DNA of 64,000 bases from Leptolyngbyaceae cyanobacterium (GTDB taxonomy: Bacteria; Cyanobacteriota; Cyanobacteriia; Phormidesmidales; Phormidesmidaceae), in assembly GCA_965263355.1 (NCBI GenBank), contig CBDHHL010000032.1, positions 2,816,001 through 2,880,000 on the forward strand, given 5' to 3'. Below, piece by piece: positions 1-9,693 of the stretch. A program made the translations under genes and the position numbers. The stretch's first letter is position 1; each line of letters begins with the position of its first letter. The notes beneath the pieces are model-generated. The model worked only from the letters and a program-made list of their open reading frames with translations. It was not told the DNA's origin and made no database searches.

Positions 1-248
1 CACGTATCCAGTCGCAACATTCATGACTCAAATGTTTCAAAGCTGGTAGAAACGTGTTGAACTATCAACTTGAGTTAAGAATCCCATGAGAAGCTAACAA
101 ATAGGTGTAATTACTTATTTTCTTTAGAATTGGTCTTAAACGGTTGCTATTGATACCGTTGCCTGGTCAAAGACGATGGGGTCAGTGGTGAGATCGCACC
201 ATAAATCGTATAAATTCCCATGGTTTATTTTTTTGAGGTGCGTTAGAT

Positions 249-1040
249 ATGATTGATTTAGCCCATGCCTACGAAGTCAATAACCTGGACTTTTATCGTC
301 AGCACCATGGTCAACAGCTGTATTACCGCTGGGAGGGTACGGTATGGTGGCGGCTATCGCCAGAAGCCAGCTTGGAGAAGGTATTTGCGATCGCAGGCAT
401 GAATGCCACTAAAGTTTTCCTCTGCTCCGGTGAAAATGGTGAGTACGGCCATCGTATTAACCGGGAGCTAGGACTGTACTGTGACCCAGACACCGGTGAT
501 GTCTTAACCCAATGGCAGCCACCTAATCAGCCTCCTGTCAGTGTTATGCCCATCGCCAACCGAATCGTTCAAGGCGATGTATCACCCAAAACAACCACAA
601 TTCCTGCCGGTGAGCCTTACTTTCAGAAAGTACAGGAAATTCCCTTAACCTATCCCCATCCCCTGGCAGAGGATCCTAAATATCGCGACCATTGCCCTGG
701 TCCGTTCTTCCAAGGCACTGAATATTTCACAACCTATGCTGTGCGCCCTGGGGTAACGGCTCCTAACCCCTTATGGGCCCGTGACTGCCCCTGGTTACCA
801 TGGATGAAACTGGGCTATAAACATCCAGCTCGTCTACGGTTTGAAACCACAATCCAACGGGTGAATAGCTTTACAGACCTTAACCCCAAACTAATTGATG
901 TCATCCGTCAGCGTGTCCCTATCTATGAGCACACCCCAGACACTACTGACGAACCTAATGTCACCAGCACCACCTATTTCAAACGGTATTTTGATGCCTA
1001 CCAAGCAGGTGAAGACTTTCCAATTAAGGAAACTGAATAG
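249..1040 (+). CDS. DUF1838-like family protein
   Basis: 263-aa ORF; motifs W-x-G-x-V, NRELGLYCDP-x-TG, ANR and W-x-R-x-CPWLPWM recalled from DUF1838 proteins. Confidence 0.7.
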   Translation: MIDLAHAYEVNNLDFYRQHHGQQLYYRWEGTVWWRLSPEASLEKVFAIAGMNATKVFLCSGENGEYGHRINRELGLYCDPDTGDVLTQWQPPNQPPVSVMPIANRIVQGDVSPKTTTIPAGEPYFQKVQEIPLTYPHPLAEDPKYRDHCPGPFFQGTEYFTTYAVRPGVTAPNPLWARDCPWLPWMKLGYKHPARLRFETTIQRVNSFTDLNPKLIDVIRQRVPIYEHTPDTTDEPNVTSTTYFKRYFDAYQAGEDFPIKETE

Positions 1041-1321
1041 ACTTCCAGTGGGAGACTAGTGAAAAGAATAAAATCAGCTACCAAAAGTACCCCTGCGGGT
1101 ACCGCAGTAAGTTTATTTTTCTGATTCTGATGAGTCGGCTGATTGCCAGTGGCACTCTCGCACCTCTTGCTGCAGGCAGCCAACCAGAAGATGTGGGAAC
1201 AGGGATTGTCCAGGCACCATAAGGACCGGTTTTGTTGAAAAACTGACTGTAGGCCCCTGCGATCTCAGGGGCTATCAATTTGTAAAGAGGGAATCTAACC
1301 ATCTCCTCAACAGCACAGACC

Positions 1322-1892
1322 CTAACCAGCCAGAGCATAGCCAATCTGTTCGGCGCGATGACAAAGGCGCTTAAATCTGTCTTGCTGATAAGCTCCTTGA
1401 AAGGTTTGTCCATAGACGCCCTGAATGGCCAGATTAGGATCTTTAGGAGGTTCCTGTGTCGTTATCAACCGCTGAGTTTGCTTGAGTAGATAAGCCTGAA
1501 ATTTTTGCATACAACGGTGCTGAGCAAAGATAGGTTGATCCTCATCAAACGCAAGCTGAACAAAAAAATTGTATATTTTGGGGCATGCTTTGAATAGATG
1601 CCCTGCTAAGGACGGTAACCGCTGAATATGTCTCACCCCGTGGCTATAGTTACATGTTTCCAAAATATGTTGATCGCCACCCAAAGGAATAAGTAAAAAG
1701 ACCAGGGATGGGAATTCTATGGGGCCAGCTGTAAACATAAACGGCCCCTGAAAAGCAATATGGTGGAGCGCGCTAAGGGTCACGTGTCAACCATGGTTCT
1801 GCGTCACAGAGTGATTGATAAAAATAAGGAAATAAGAGTTGATCTACATTTGGAAAAGTCCAGGTTTTAAGTACTTGAGCAGTGTTGTTCAT
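1322..1892 (-). pseudogene. possible frameshifted hypothetical gene (39-aa ATG ORF 1773-1892 overlapping 153-aa ORF 1322-1783)
   Basis: Manual translation: MNNTAQVLKTWTFP...WLTRDP* overlaps the GTG-start ORF in another frame; CRP-like site upstream. Confidence 0.35.
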
Positions 1893-1955
1893 GATGAATC
1901 ATGATTGTTCTAGAATAAGGAACAATTATGCTCAGTATGATTTCGCATATATGTT

Positions 1956-1971
1956 TGTGATTTTAGTCACT
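1956..1971. promoter_or_regulatory. CRP-like binding site
   Basis: TGTGA-ttttag-TCACT, 9/10 match to TGTGA-N6-TCACA. Confidence 0.45.
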
Positions 1972-2130
1972 CATATATACCACGGATAGCAATTTTATCT
2001 ATTTTCCAAAAGTTAAAAAAACAAGTTTCAACTTTCCTCAGTTGGAGAGCTAGTGGTGCTTTTCGCTGTTATACTGTTGCGAATTTTATAAATGGCTAAA
2101 TAACATTTTTGAGATTATGACTTGAAATAA

Positions 2131-2162
2131 GAAAAAGCCCTTACCATAGTAGTAGAGGCTTT
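2131..2162 (-). terminator. intrinsic terminator (second, distal)
   Basis: aaagcc...ggcttt stem followed by a T-run on the minus strand. Confidence 0.5.
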
Positions 2163-2195
2163 AGAGTGTGTGTTGTAGGGAAAAACAGATGAGAG

Positions 2196-2252
2196 AAAAG
2201 GGTGCCCTGGGAATGAGGCTTCATAGACTCATGAAGTCTTTACTGGGCACCC
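2196..2252 (-). terminator. long hairpin/terminator after the repeat-protein gene
   Basis: GGGTGCCC...GGGCACCC outer stem with inner CTTCAT/ATGAAG stem, then TTTT on the minus strand. Confidence 0.6.
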
Positions 2253-2277
2253 GAACCTGAGTCAATCCAACAAACTT

Positions 2278-2784
2278 TTAGTGGACAGACTTAGTACGGG
2301 CATCAAGGGCACTTAAACGAGCTTCCTGAATATTATCGACAGCTTTCGTGCGAGCATCCAGTGCTGCTAAACGAGCAGCTTGAATATCCTCAACAGCTTT
2401 GGTTTGGTTGTTGAGATGCTCAAGACGTAGCTTATGAACACTGTTCTTAGTACGAGCATCAAGGGCTGCCAAACGAGCAGATTGAATATCTTCAACAGCT
2501 TTGGTTTGGTTGTTGAGATGCTCAAGACGTAGCTTGTGAACACTGTTCTTAGTACGAGCATCCAGGGCCTCTAAGCGAGCGGCTTGGATATTGTCGATGG
2601 CCTTAGTCTGATTGTTGAGATGCTCAAGGCGTAGTTTATGAACAGAGTTCTTAGTACGGGCATCCAATGATTCTAGGCGAGTCTCTTGTAAGTTAAAACC
2701 AGTTGTTTCCACAGCGGAGGCAACCGGAGCAATAGCAGCGGAGGCAACGAGAACAGTTAAAGCGGAAAGAAGTGTGCGTTTCAT
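2278..2784 (-). CDS. secreted tandem-repeat protein (signal peptide plus alternating 18/16-aa units ending in TK)
   Basis: MKRTLL...PVASA Sec signal; NSVHKLRLEHLNNQTK x3 and ...RLxxLDARTK x5; about 102-bp DNA repeat. Confidence 0.9.
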   Translation of the reverse strand: MKRTLLSALTVLVASAAIAPVASAVETTGFNLQETRLESLDARTKNSVHKLRLEHLNNQTKAIDNIQAARLEALDARTKNSVHKLRLEHLNNQTKAVEDIQSARLAALDARTKNSVHKLRLEHLNNQTKAVEDIQAARLAALDARTKAVDNIQEARLSALDARTKSVH

Positions 2785-2852
2785 AATTAAAGCTCTTTGG
2801 TATATCAGTGAAGTGTTAATTGCTTCATTGATTACAAGAATGCCGGGGATAA

Positions 2853-2910
2853 CTGAGCCCTATCTGACCGATAACTGAAGATTGCTTAAAGGGTTTCTGA
2901 GATTAGCTGA
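2853..2910. promoter_or_regulatory. helically phased CTGA direct repeats
   Basis: CTGA at 2853, 2864, 2875, 2897 and 2907; GATAACTGA occurs twice, 22 bp apart. Confidence 0.45.
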
Positions 2911-2918
2911 GGAAATAA

Positions 2919-2934
2919 TGTGATGGAGATCACA
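2919..2934. promoter_or_regulatory. CRP (SyCRP1-type) binding site
   Basis: Perfect TGTGA-tggaga-TCACA with AT-rich flanks in a divergent intergenic region. Confidence 0.7.
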
Positions 2935-3084
2935 AATTTCAAACCGTTAAAAAAAGCTCCCCCTCTACAAACCAATATGTAGTGAATTTGAGACGTACGA
3001 GGGACTACTTGTGATTCAAAACGCATCTTGCTCTGCCAGAGCCGTAAAATACTAAAGCTTGGTCTGGAATCTGGAGGATAGGGT

Positions 3085-4275
3085 GTGTCTAAATCGCGGG
3101 CAGTTGAACGTTCCGCTGATTGGTCGTGGCCATGGTGGCCACTAGTGCCGCTGTACCCCTATGGTCAGCGCCGTACGCTGCGTCGGGAGGTAATTAACAA
3201 TCAGGTTTGGACCTTTGACCAACTGCAGGGCATTTTGTACGTCGTTGTCCCCATTCGCATGACCGTTATTCGTTTAGCGACGGGTGGTTTACTGGTCTAT
3301 GCCCCCATTGCCCCCACACCAGAATGCATTCGTCTGGTTAATGAACTAGAAGAACTTTACGGTGAGGTGACGTATATTATTTTGCCAACGGTGACAGGTC
3401 TGGAACACAAGGTATTTGTGGGGCCGTTTGCCCGTAGGTTTCCCTCGGCCCAGGTGTATGTCGCTCGCCACCAGTGGAGCTTTCCGCTAAATTTACCCCG
3501 CAGCTGGCTGGGCTTTCCCATGGGGCGTACCCACTGGCTACCGGAAAATCCCGCCGATGCTCCCTTTGGCGATGAGTTTGATTATCATGTTTTGGGGCCA
3601 GTCAACCTCGGTCTGGGTCCCTTCTCAGAAGTGGCTTTTTTCCATAGAGCCTCTAAAAGCTTGCTAGTGACAGATTCAGTGGTTTCCATTCCAGCTGATC
3701 CACCACCAATTGTGCAACTAGATAGCTATCCGTTACTGTTCCATGCCAAAGAGAACGCTGCCGATGCACCCGCTGATACCGCTGAAAATCGTCGTAAAGG
3801 ATGGCAGCGGATTGCTCTGTTTGCGTTTTACTTTCGTCCTGATGCACTCAAAGATCCGCAATGGGGCCAGGTACTAACAGCCGCTAAGAACGCTTCAGAT
3901 CGATCAAAGCAGGCTTATTTCGGTCTCTTTCCGTTTGCATGGGAGCCTACCTGGCAGCAGTCGTTTGAGAAACTGTGTGGCAATGGCAGACTTTTGGTAG
4001 CACCGGTCTTGCAGTCTTTGATTTTTAATCGGGGGTCAAAGACAGTTCTAGCTTGGGCTAACCAGGTGGCTGAGCTGCCATTTGATTCGATCATTCCTTG
4101 CCATTTAAATGCGCCAATTAAAACGGATGGAGCAACCTTTCGTCAGGCGTTTAGATTTTTAGCGCCAGACAATACGTCGGGACGTGGGGGCAATTTACCG
4201 GAAGCGGATTTTGCCTTGCTGAATCGTATTAGTCAGCAGCTAGAGCGCACACGCATTACACCGCCGCCTGCCTAA
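3085..4275 (+). CDS. DUF4336 family protein (metallo-beta-lactamase-like fold)
   Basis: WPLVPLYPYG, RMTVIRL, GLEHK, SEVAFFH, LLVTD and IIPCH motifs. Confidence 0.85.
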   Translation: MSKSRAVERSADWSWPWWPLVPLYPYGQRRTLRREVINNQVWTFDQLQGILYVVVPIRMTVIRLATGGLLVYAPIAPTPECIRLVNELEELYGEVTYIILPTVTGLEHKVFVGPFARRFPSAQVYVARHQWSFPLNLPRSWLGFPMGRTHWLPENPADAPFGDEFDYHVLGPVNLGLGPFSEVAFFHRASKSLLVTDSVVSIPADPPPIVQLDSYPLLFHAKENAADAPADTAENRRKGWQRIALFAFYFRPDALKDPQWGQVLTAAKNASDRSKQAYFGLFPFAWEPTWQQSFEKLCGNGRLLVAPVLQSLIFNRGSKTVLAWANQVAELPFDSIIPCHLNAPIKTDGATFRQAFRFLAPDNTSGRGGNLPEADFALLNRISQQLERTRITPPPA

Positions 4276-5323
4276 AAAGCAAGGTTGTATAAATCTGAAA
4301 GGCCGTGTCCCAGTCACTGGCTTTACGTTGATTGATGTCTAGATAAATCGGAATGTAAGGCAGTAGAGGAATCATCTCTAAAGCGCCCTGACCGAAGTTA
4401 GCAAAGTCTTCGAGTACTGTGCAATCGGTTGCTCGGGCAATATGCTGCATCAGGCCATTCCAACGTAGACGAGTGGAGGTGAGGTTGGTTTGATCCGGCA
4501 CTAGGGCAACGCTATTGCGGAATTCATAGGTGCGATCGCATACCCGCAAAATACTCTTGCGCCCATGCACATGCAGATCCATCACCTGGGCATACTCCTG
4601 CACCTGGTCTTTGCGCTTTGTTTTCCCCCAAGGTCCCCTGTCATTTACCTGCTCAAAGACTGGTAGCTGAGCCTTAACGATTTGGGTCACCTCAGACCAA
4701 TCAAACTGAATAGAACCCATTTGGCCAGCGGGGCTCTGACAAACCACCACCGGCTGTGGAGCCACCGCCCGAAAATGCTTAATCTGATAAATATCAACGG
4801 TTTTGAGCGCATCAACCGTCGACCAAACCGTAGGAATACCCACATCCTCTAAGGCCTTGCCGTAATACTCCATTTCCCCGATAGACCCCGTACGCTGTAG
4901 CCGCATACCCCGCTTTGGGAGTTGCAACCGAGCCATATACGGATCAATCCGCAAGACTTTCGCCAAACCCATCGCGGCCCGTTGTCCATCCTCCGGTGGC
5001 ATAATCACCAATAGCCCAGGTTCTTCACTACCTAAAACCGCCTTGGCTTCATCCAGGGCTTCTTGGCGATTGGCTTCCCTTGCCTGTTGAACTCGCTTAA
5101 GCCCAGCGCGGGCCTGCCCCATGAGTTTCGGGTTGTTCACCCGTTTGAGAAATGTCAGATAGGTTTTCTCCGCCGCATCCCACTGCAATGTGCCTTCCTG
5201 TAATCGACCTATCGAGAGCAGCATCAGCGGGTCCTTAGGCGCTGTCTTACGCCACTGTTTGATCAGCTGCGTGGCACGGCGATAGTCCTGGGCGTCAAGG
5301 GCAACAGTAACAAGTTGATGCAT
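4256..5323 (-). CDS. TPR-containing cyanobacterial protein
   Basis: N-terminal TPR-like helices (AEKTYLTFL, ARAGL); 355 aa. Confidence 0.65.
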   Translation of the reverse strand: MHQLVTVALDAQDYRRATQLIKQWRKTAPKDPLMLLSIGRLQEGTLQWDAAEKTYLTFLKRVNNPKLMGQARAGLKRVQQAREANRQEALDEAKAVLGSEEPGLLVIMPPEDGQRAAMGLAKVLRIDPYMARLQLPKRGMRLQRTGSIGEMEYYGKALEDVGIPTVWSTVDALKTVDIYQIKHFRAVAPQPVVVCQSPAGQMGSIQFDWSEVTQIVKAQLPVFEQVNDRGPWGKTKRKDQVQEYAQVMDLHVHGRKSILRVCDRTYEFRNSVALVPDQTNLTSTRLRWNGLMQHIARATDCTVLEDFANFGQGALEMIPLLPYIPIYLDINQRKASDWDTAFQIYTTLLFRQAAV

Positions 5324-5385
5324 GGCAAAGGCAACGACAAACGACCAAAATATTCCCCACGGTAATCATGGCACCTTGCCATCGA

Positions 5386-7425
5386 TTACCACACCCGCCA
5401 ATCTTCCCAATCCAGGTTAAAGATAGACGTATTGGGAAAGGCCGTCGGATTGCCACGGGCTTGCAATTTTTGCTGTAACTCCAACAACTCTGGCTCTGGC
5501 CGCGGCAAATCATCAACCAAACTGTAGGGCAATACTTGATTTTCTAAGGCATAGTCAATCGTTGCCCCAGCCGCAATCCCTGCCGACCATTCAAAGGAAT
5601 GGACTCGATAAGCGGCGGCGGCAATGGTACTGGTGGCAATACTTTTGCCAGCAACCAGCAAGTTGTCAATTTTCTGAGGAATCATTGCTCGCAGAGGAAT
5701 CTGCCCTGGATAGCTCTGGCCATGGGCCCGTCGTACGCCCTCGCGCTCGATGTTTCCCGGTAGCTCTGGCGGCGACAGCTGCATACAGGGATGAAAGTCA
5801 ATGGCATACTGGGCAATCCCTAAGGAATCAGGAAAGATAGTCGATCGGGTTCGCCGAGGAATATCAGCAGCGGACTTGTCTGTCTCAATTACAGAGGTTG
5901 TTTCTAGACCTGCCAGCGCCCGACGCAGCGACAGATACATACCATCAGGCAGCTGCGTTTGGTAGTACTCATCGTTGTAATCGACACGGGAAATATCGAT
6001 TTCATTAATCAAAAATCCCTCAGGATGACCATAGGACGGTCGCCCAACAATCCGTCGTCCCTCACGAATGTAAGGATGTTTGGATAACCCATGGGCCGTA
6101 TTCATCGGAGCATCAAATCCAGTTAAAAATCGATAGCGTAAATCGACATCCTTGATGCCGTAGCCCAATTGAGAATCTGTCAATCCTCCGATTAACCAGT
6201 GGTAGTAACTAAACGCATTTTCTTCACCGCGTCTCAAAGTCTCTACCCGCAAGCCCCCTAACCAGCCGCCTGGCTCCAGCTGTCCCGTAGCCTCCAACTG
6301 ATTGTGGGAATAAATCAGATTATCTGCCACGGTACCAGGACGATAATCATTGCCCCAGGTCCAGTTTTGCATGGAGATATCTCCCGGCTTGATGTCGCTA
6401 ACCCCAAAAATGCGTTGTTCAGGCCGATCTCCCGGTGCCAAAATGCGCCGATAGGTAAAGACAAAGTCGATGTAGTTAATATTCTCCCGTTCTCGCTCAA
6501 AGCTGAAGTAAGGGGCGTAGATATCATAGTAATCTGGTCGCTCCTGCACCTGAGACTCGGCAGTGCGCTCCATGGCAAAGGTGTAGGTAAAGCCCTGGGT
6601 GCAATAGGGATCCCCCGTTAAGGTGGGTGAAGACGGGTTGAGATAAGACTTAGGATCTAGGCCCAATTGATACGGCACACCAGACAACGCAATCACTTCA
6701 CCGGTTTCAGTAGCTTCAACCACGTACCAGTCAGCCGGTCCGTCATGCCCCATGGGCTCAAAGCGAATGATCTTTTTACTCAGACGCTCTGAATCGTCAT
6801 AGCGATAGATGTCTTCATAAACGGCGGATAGGGGTTCTGTGTTGAGGGGCGGTGTGCCAGGAGCTGGTCGGTGTTGGATTGCGATCGCACTCTCAATCAT
6901 CGCACCCTCAATATCCAGCTCTTTCACAACAGTTGACGGGAACCACTTCAGCGTCCCATCCCCCTCGCGAGCAGCCTCATGGAGCATGCTTACCAAAATA
7001 TCATGGGCATCCGCCGGTAAAAAACATACTGCACTTACCCAACAATCCCCTGGGTTTTGACGACCATAGTGTTCTAAAACACGCTGCCGTAGCTGCTTAT
7101 ACCCCGCCGCATAGAACTGTAATTGACGTTGCATTTTCGCTTCATCTAGCGCCGTCGTCCCCTGGGAGGTAAGCTGCCCCCCTAACCAATCAGTCATTTC
7201 TGTCAGACAAACCGTACGTCCCGCATGCAAACTCTCGTAGGCCGTAGCCACACCAGCTAGACCTCCTCCTACCACCAAAACATCACAACTCTCAGTCTGT
7301 TCAACGGATTGAGCGCTAGCGGTTGGCATAGCAGCCAATGGATTAACCGTGATTAGCGAAAGACCAATTGCCGCCAAAAATCTTTGACTGAGAGCGCTCC
7401 ACAATATACCGGCAGAACTGCGCAT
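5386..7425 (-). CDS. exported FAD-dependent oxidoreductase
   Basis: Signal peptide; DVLVVGGGLAG Rossmann motif, WLGGQ, YIREGRR, IPLRAMIP, NLLVAGKS. Confidence 0.85.
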   Translation of the reverse strand: MRSSAGILWSALSQRFLAAIGLSLITVNPLAAMPTASAQSVEQTESCDVLVVGGGLAGVATAYESLHAGRTVCLTEMTDWLGGQLTSQGTTALDEAKMQRQLQFYAAGYKQLRQRVLEHYGRQNPGDCWVSAVCFLPADAHDILVSMLHEAAREGDGTLKWFPSTVVKELDIEGAMIESAIAIQHRPAPGTPPLNTEPLSAVYEDIYRYDDSERLSKKIIRFEPMGHDGPADWYVVEATETGEVIALSGVPYQLGLDPKSYLNPSSPTLTGDPYCTQGFTYTFAMERTAESQVQERPDYYDIYAPYFSFERERENINYIDFVFTYRRILAPGDRPEQRIFGVSDIKPGDISMQNWTWGNDYRPGTVADNLIYSHNQLEATGQLEPGGWLGGLRVETLRRGEENAFSYYHWLIGGLTDSQLGYGIKDVDLRYRFLTGFDAPMNTAHGLSKHPYIREGRRIVGRPSYGHPEGFLINEIDISRVDYNDEYYQTQLPDGMYLSLRRALAGLETTSVIETDKSAADIPRRTRSTIFPDSLGIAQYAIDFHPCMQLSPPELPGNIEREGVRRAHGQSYPGQIPLRAMIPQKIDNLLVAGKSIATSTIAAAAYRVHSFEWSAGIAAGATIDYALENQVLPYSLVDDLPRPEPELLELQQKLQARGNPTAFPNTSIFNLDWEDWRVW

Positions 7426-7536
7426 ATACGTCCTTCCTTAAGTCGCTAAAATCACTGCATCAAAAGTCTTGCCCACAACTATACCCAATCACCTGAGTGT
7501 TCAAGGCGAGGACAGCATAGTGGAGCAGCCTACACG

Positions 7537-7923
7537 TCAGCTACCACAGTAAACAATTAAATCGATTTCAACATCACCATACCCGGCCAAGGCCGTTATT
7601 CCTACTGTAGTGCGACTGGGTAACCGAGCATGGTCAAAGTAAGAAGCATACACCTGATTTACAACTTCGTAATACCGAAAATCGGTCACAAAAATACGCA
7701 CCATTACAACATTCTCAAAGCCAGTGCCAGCATGGGTTAATACCCGTCTGAGATTCTCCATAACTTGACGAGTCTGAGACTCGATATCTAACGTTAAGAC
7801 CTCTCCAGAATCAACATCCTCAGCCAGCTGACCAGTCACAAAGAGAAAGTCTCCTGCCCTGACAGCATGGGAATAAGGAGCTACAGGAGGCAAAACATCG
7901 GGCAGAGTAATAAATTCCAACAT
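7537..7923 (-). CDS. RidA/YjgF family enamine deaminase
   Basis: PYSHAV, FVTGQ, NQVYASYF, PSRT, VEID; start taken at ATG 7923. Confidence 0.9.
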   Translation of the reverse strand: MLEFITLPDVLPPVAPYSHAVRAGDFLFVTGQLAEDVDSGEVLTLDIESQTRQVMENLRRVLTHAGTGFENVVMVRIFVTDFRYYEVVNQVYASYFDHARLPSRTTVGITALAGYGDVEIDLIVYCGS

Positions 7924-8162
7924 CTTAGTAGAGCAGCAAACTAGACCAGCGTGATCCAGTTTGGGCACCGAACAAGAATCTACACTGCAAACAAACTAAT
8001 TTATTAAAGAATTGCCCCTACACCCAAGACCCCGAATCGACCAAATACCCTAAAAATTAGAAAGTTTGAGCCAAAACCCTCAAACAAAGAACATATAAGC
8101 CCAGAGCAAAGTAATCCACATCTAAAATCTGCCTGAAATATGATCATTTCCCTGATATATAT

Positions 8163-8197
8163 GGTACATTTGTATCAATAAATAGATCATATGTTCT
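8163..8197. promoter_or_regulatory. two LexA-like boxes
   Basis: GGTACATTTGTATC (1 mismatch to RGTACNNNDGTWCB) and AGATCATATGTTCT, 21 bp apart. Confidence 0.4.
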
Positions 8198-8222
8198 ATT
8201 CGTTCCTGATCCCGTCTGCAAT

Positions 8223-9137
8223 ATGAACGATTTAGATATGGAACTTCAAACGATTCGACAAAAGCTGCAAACCCTCAAAGCTTCTCCACCAGAGATGGTG
8301 ACAGCTCCATGGAGTCCATCACGTCTCGCCGCTCCTTCACCCAATCTAGCGCAGATAACAACAGCGATTGAGACCCTACGGCAACGCTCCGGGCAAACCT
8401 TATCTCCTCCTGTCTCTAATACTAGTTTGCAGCAGTTCGATGCCGCTCTTAGCACCGTTGCTCAGCTAGCACAACAGCAACAGCAAGCCCTAGAACGCTT
8501 ACAGTCTCTAGGTAAAAGTCTAGTAGAGCAAAGTACTCCTGGCACATCACCAGATATTGATGACATTGCCCGCTTTCTAGCTGAGTATCCGACTATCCAG
8601 ATTCCCATGGTACAGCGGGACACAGATGGCTATCTGGATATGGTCTACCATGCAGTTTATTTGAATGGATCAGGACAAAGCAGTACTAACTCCTTAAAAT
8701 CTCGAACTCAACTTTTCGGGCATCCATTTAACAATACTCAACGCCAAAGTAGTTCGACAGAGTTAGATGAAAGCCCCTACGAAAATCCTCAGTTGCCCGG
8801 CCTCTTAGACGAATTGACACACTTTTGGCAAGTCAACTCCCAAGCATTTCAAAAATGGACCCATCACCAAATCAACTCTACTCAGCGATCTCGTAGTTCA
8901 AATTTCACACTTTTAGATGGGACAATTTGGTGCATTGGAGCCATCATTACGCGTGTCATTCTCAAGTCAATTTTTCAGTTTTATCCAGCTTCCTGGACAC
9001 CAATTGCATTTATGCTAATTGCCGGAATTATATTCACCCTCTACCGATCTATTTTTAGCCCTCGCCCCAACCCAGTAGTCGGCTATCGCACACTCATGAT
9101 CATCATCGGCCTATTAATTGGCGGTCGCTTTACCTAG
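8223..9137 (+). CDS. hypothetical membrane protein (coiled-coil N-terminus, 3 C-terminal TM segments)
   Basis: 304-aa ORF; hydrophobic C-terminal segments. Confidence 0.75.
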   Translation: MNDLDMELQTIRQKLQTLKASPPEMVTAPWSPSRLAAPSPNLAQITTAIETLRQRSGQTLSPPVSNTSLQQFDAALSTVAQLAQQQQQALERLQSLGKSLVEQSTPGTSPDIDDIARFLAEYPTIQIPMVQRDTDGYLDMVYHAVYLNGSGQSSTNSLKSRTQLFGHPFNNTQRQSSSTELDESPYENPQLPGLLDELTHFWQVNSQAFQKWTHHQINSTQRSRSSNFTLLDGTIWCIGAIITRVILKSIFQFYPASWTPIAFMLIAGIIFTLYRSIFSPRPNPVVGYRTLMIIIGLLIGGRFT

Positions 9138-9270
9138 AAAAGCAAGCTCCAAACCATACTCCACAAGATATTAGACAGTCTACAAATAGTTTCTAAATAG
9201 CGTGTCTTTAAACAGATTTCTAATGTTGTTTATCTTACGCAATGTTCATTTCCTTTAGAGAGGTCTATCC

Positions 9271-9693
9271 ATGGTCTATCCCGCGAAGTTATCCCACCGT
9301 CCCCATTCCCAGAAATTAAGCCCTAAGCCTTTACTAGCCGTTAGTTTAACGATGATTTTAGCTGCGTTATTATTCGACTTTAACGGGCTCAAAACTTTCT
9401 TGCCGTCTTCAAATACCATCAGTCAACAGACCAATTGTAACAGTGTTGTCAGTGACAACGCTCAACTCTCTCGCGAACAGTTAGCTCAGTTACTAACCAT
9501 TCCTGAAAGAGATGCCAAATCGCGAGTACGACAAGTGGTTAGCGAGCCCTATTGCCAACTGCCCACCCTCAAAGTTCGCTCTGGTGTAGATGCTGAACGA
9601 GAAGCCTATCCTCTTGCGTTTGATCCTGGCACGACCCTTGTGATTTTATACGAAAACAATGAATATGCAGGCTATCGTTTCAGCTTTGAGTAG
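9271..9693 (+). CDS. membrane-anchored hypothetical protein
   Basis: One TM segment, then a domain with two Cys (LSREQLAQLL, EPYCQL, REAYPL). Confidence 0.8.
   Translation: MVYPAKLSHRPHSQKLSPKPLLAVSLTMILAALLFDFNGLKTFLPSSNTISQQTNCNSVVSDNAQLSREQLAQLLTIPERDAKSRVRQVVSEPYCQLPTLKVRSGVDAEREAYPLAFDPGTTLVILYENNEYAGYRFSFE

Noticed and set aside
998..1413. ORFs 998-1183 and 1078-1413
   Set aside because: No recognisable motifs and they overlap neighbours; coding status is unsupported
2290..2680. About 102-bp tandem repeats as a CRISPR array
   Set aside because: No unique spacers; variation is mostly synonymous within a coding frame
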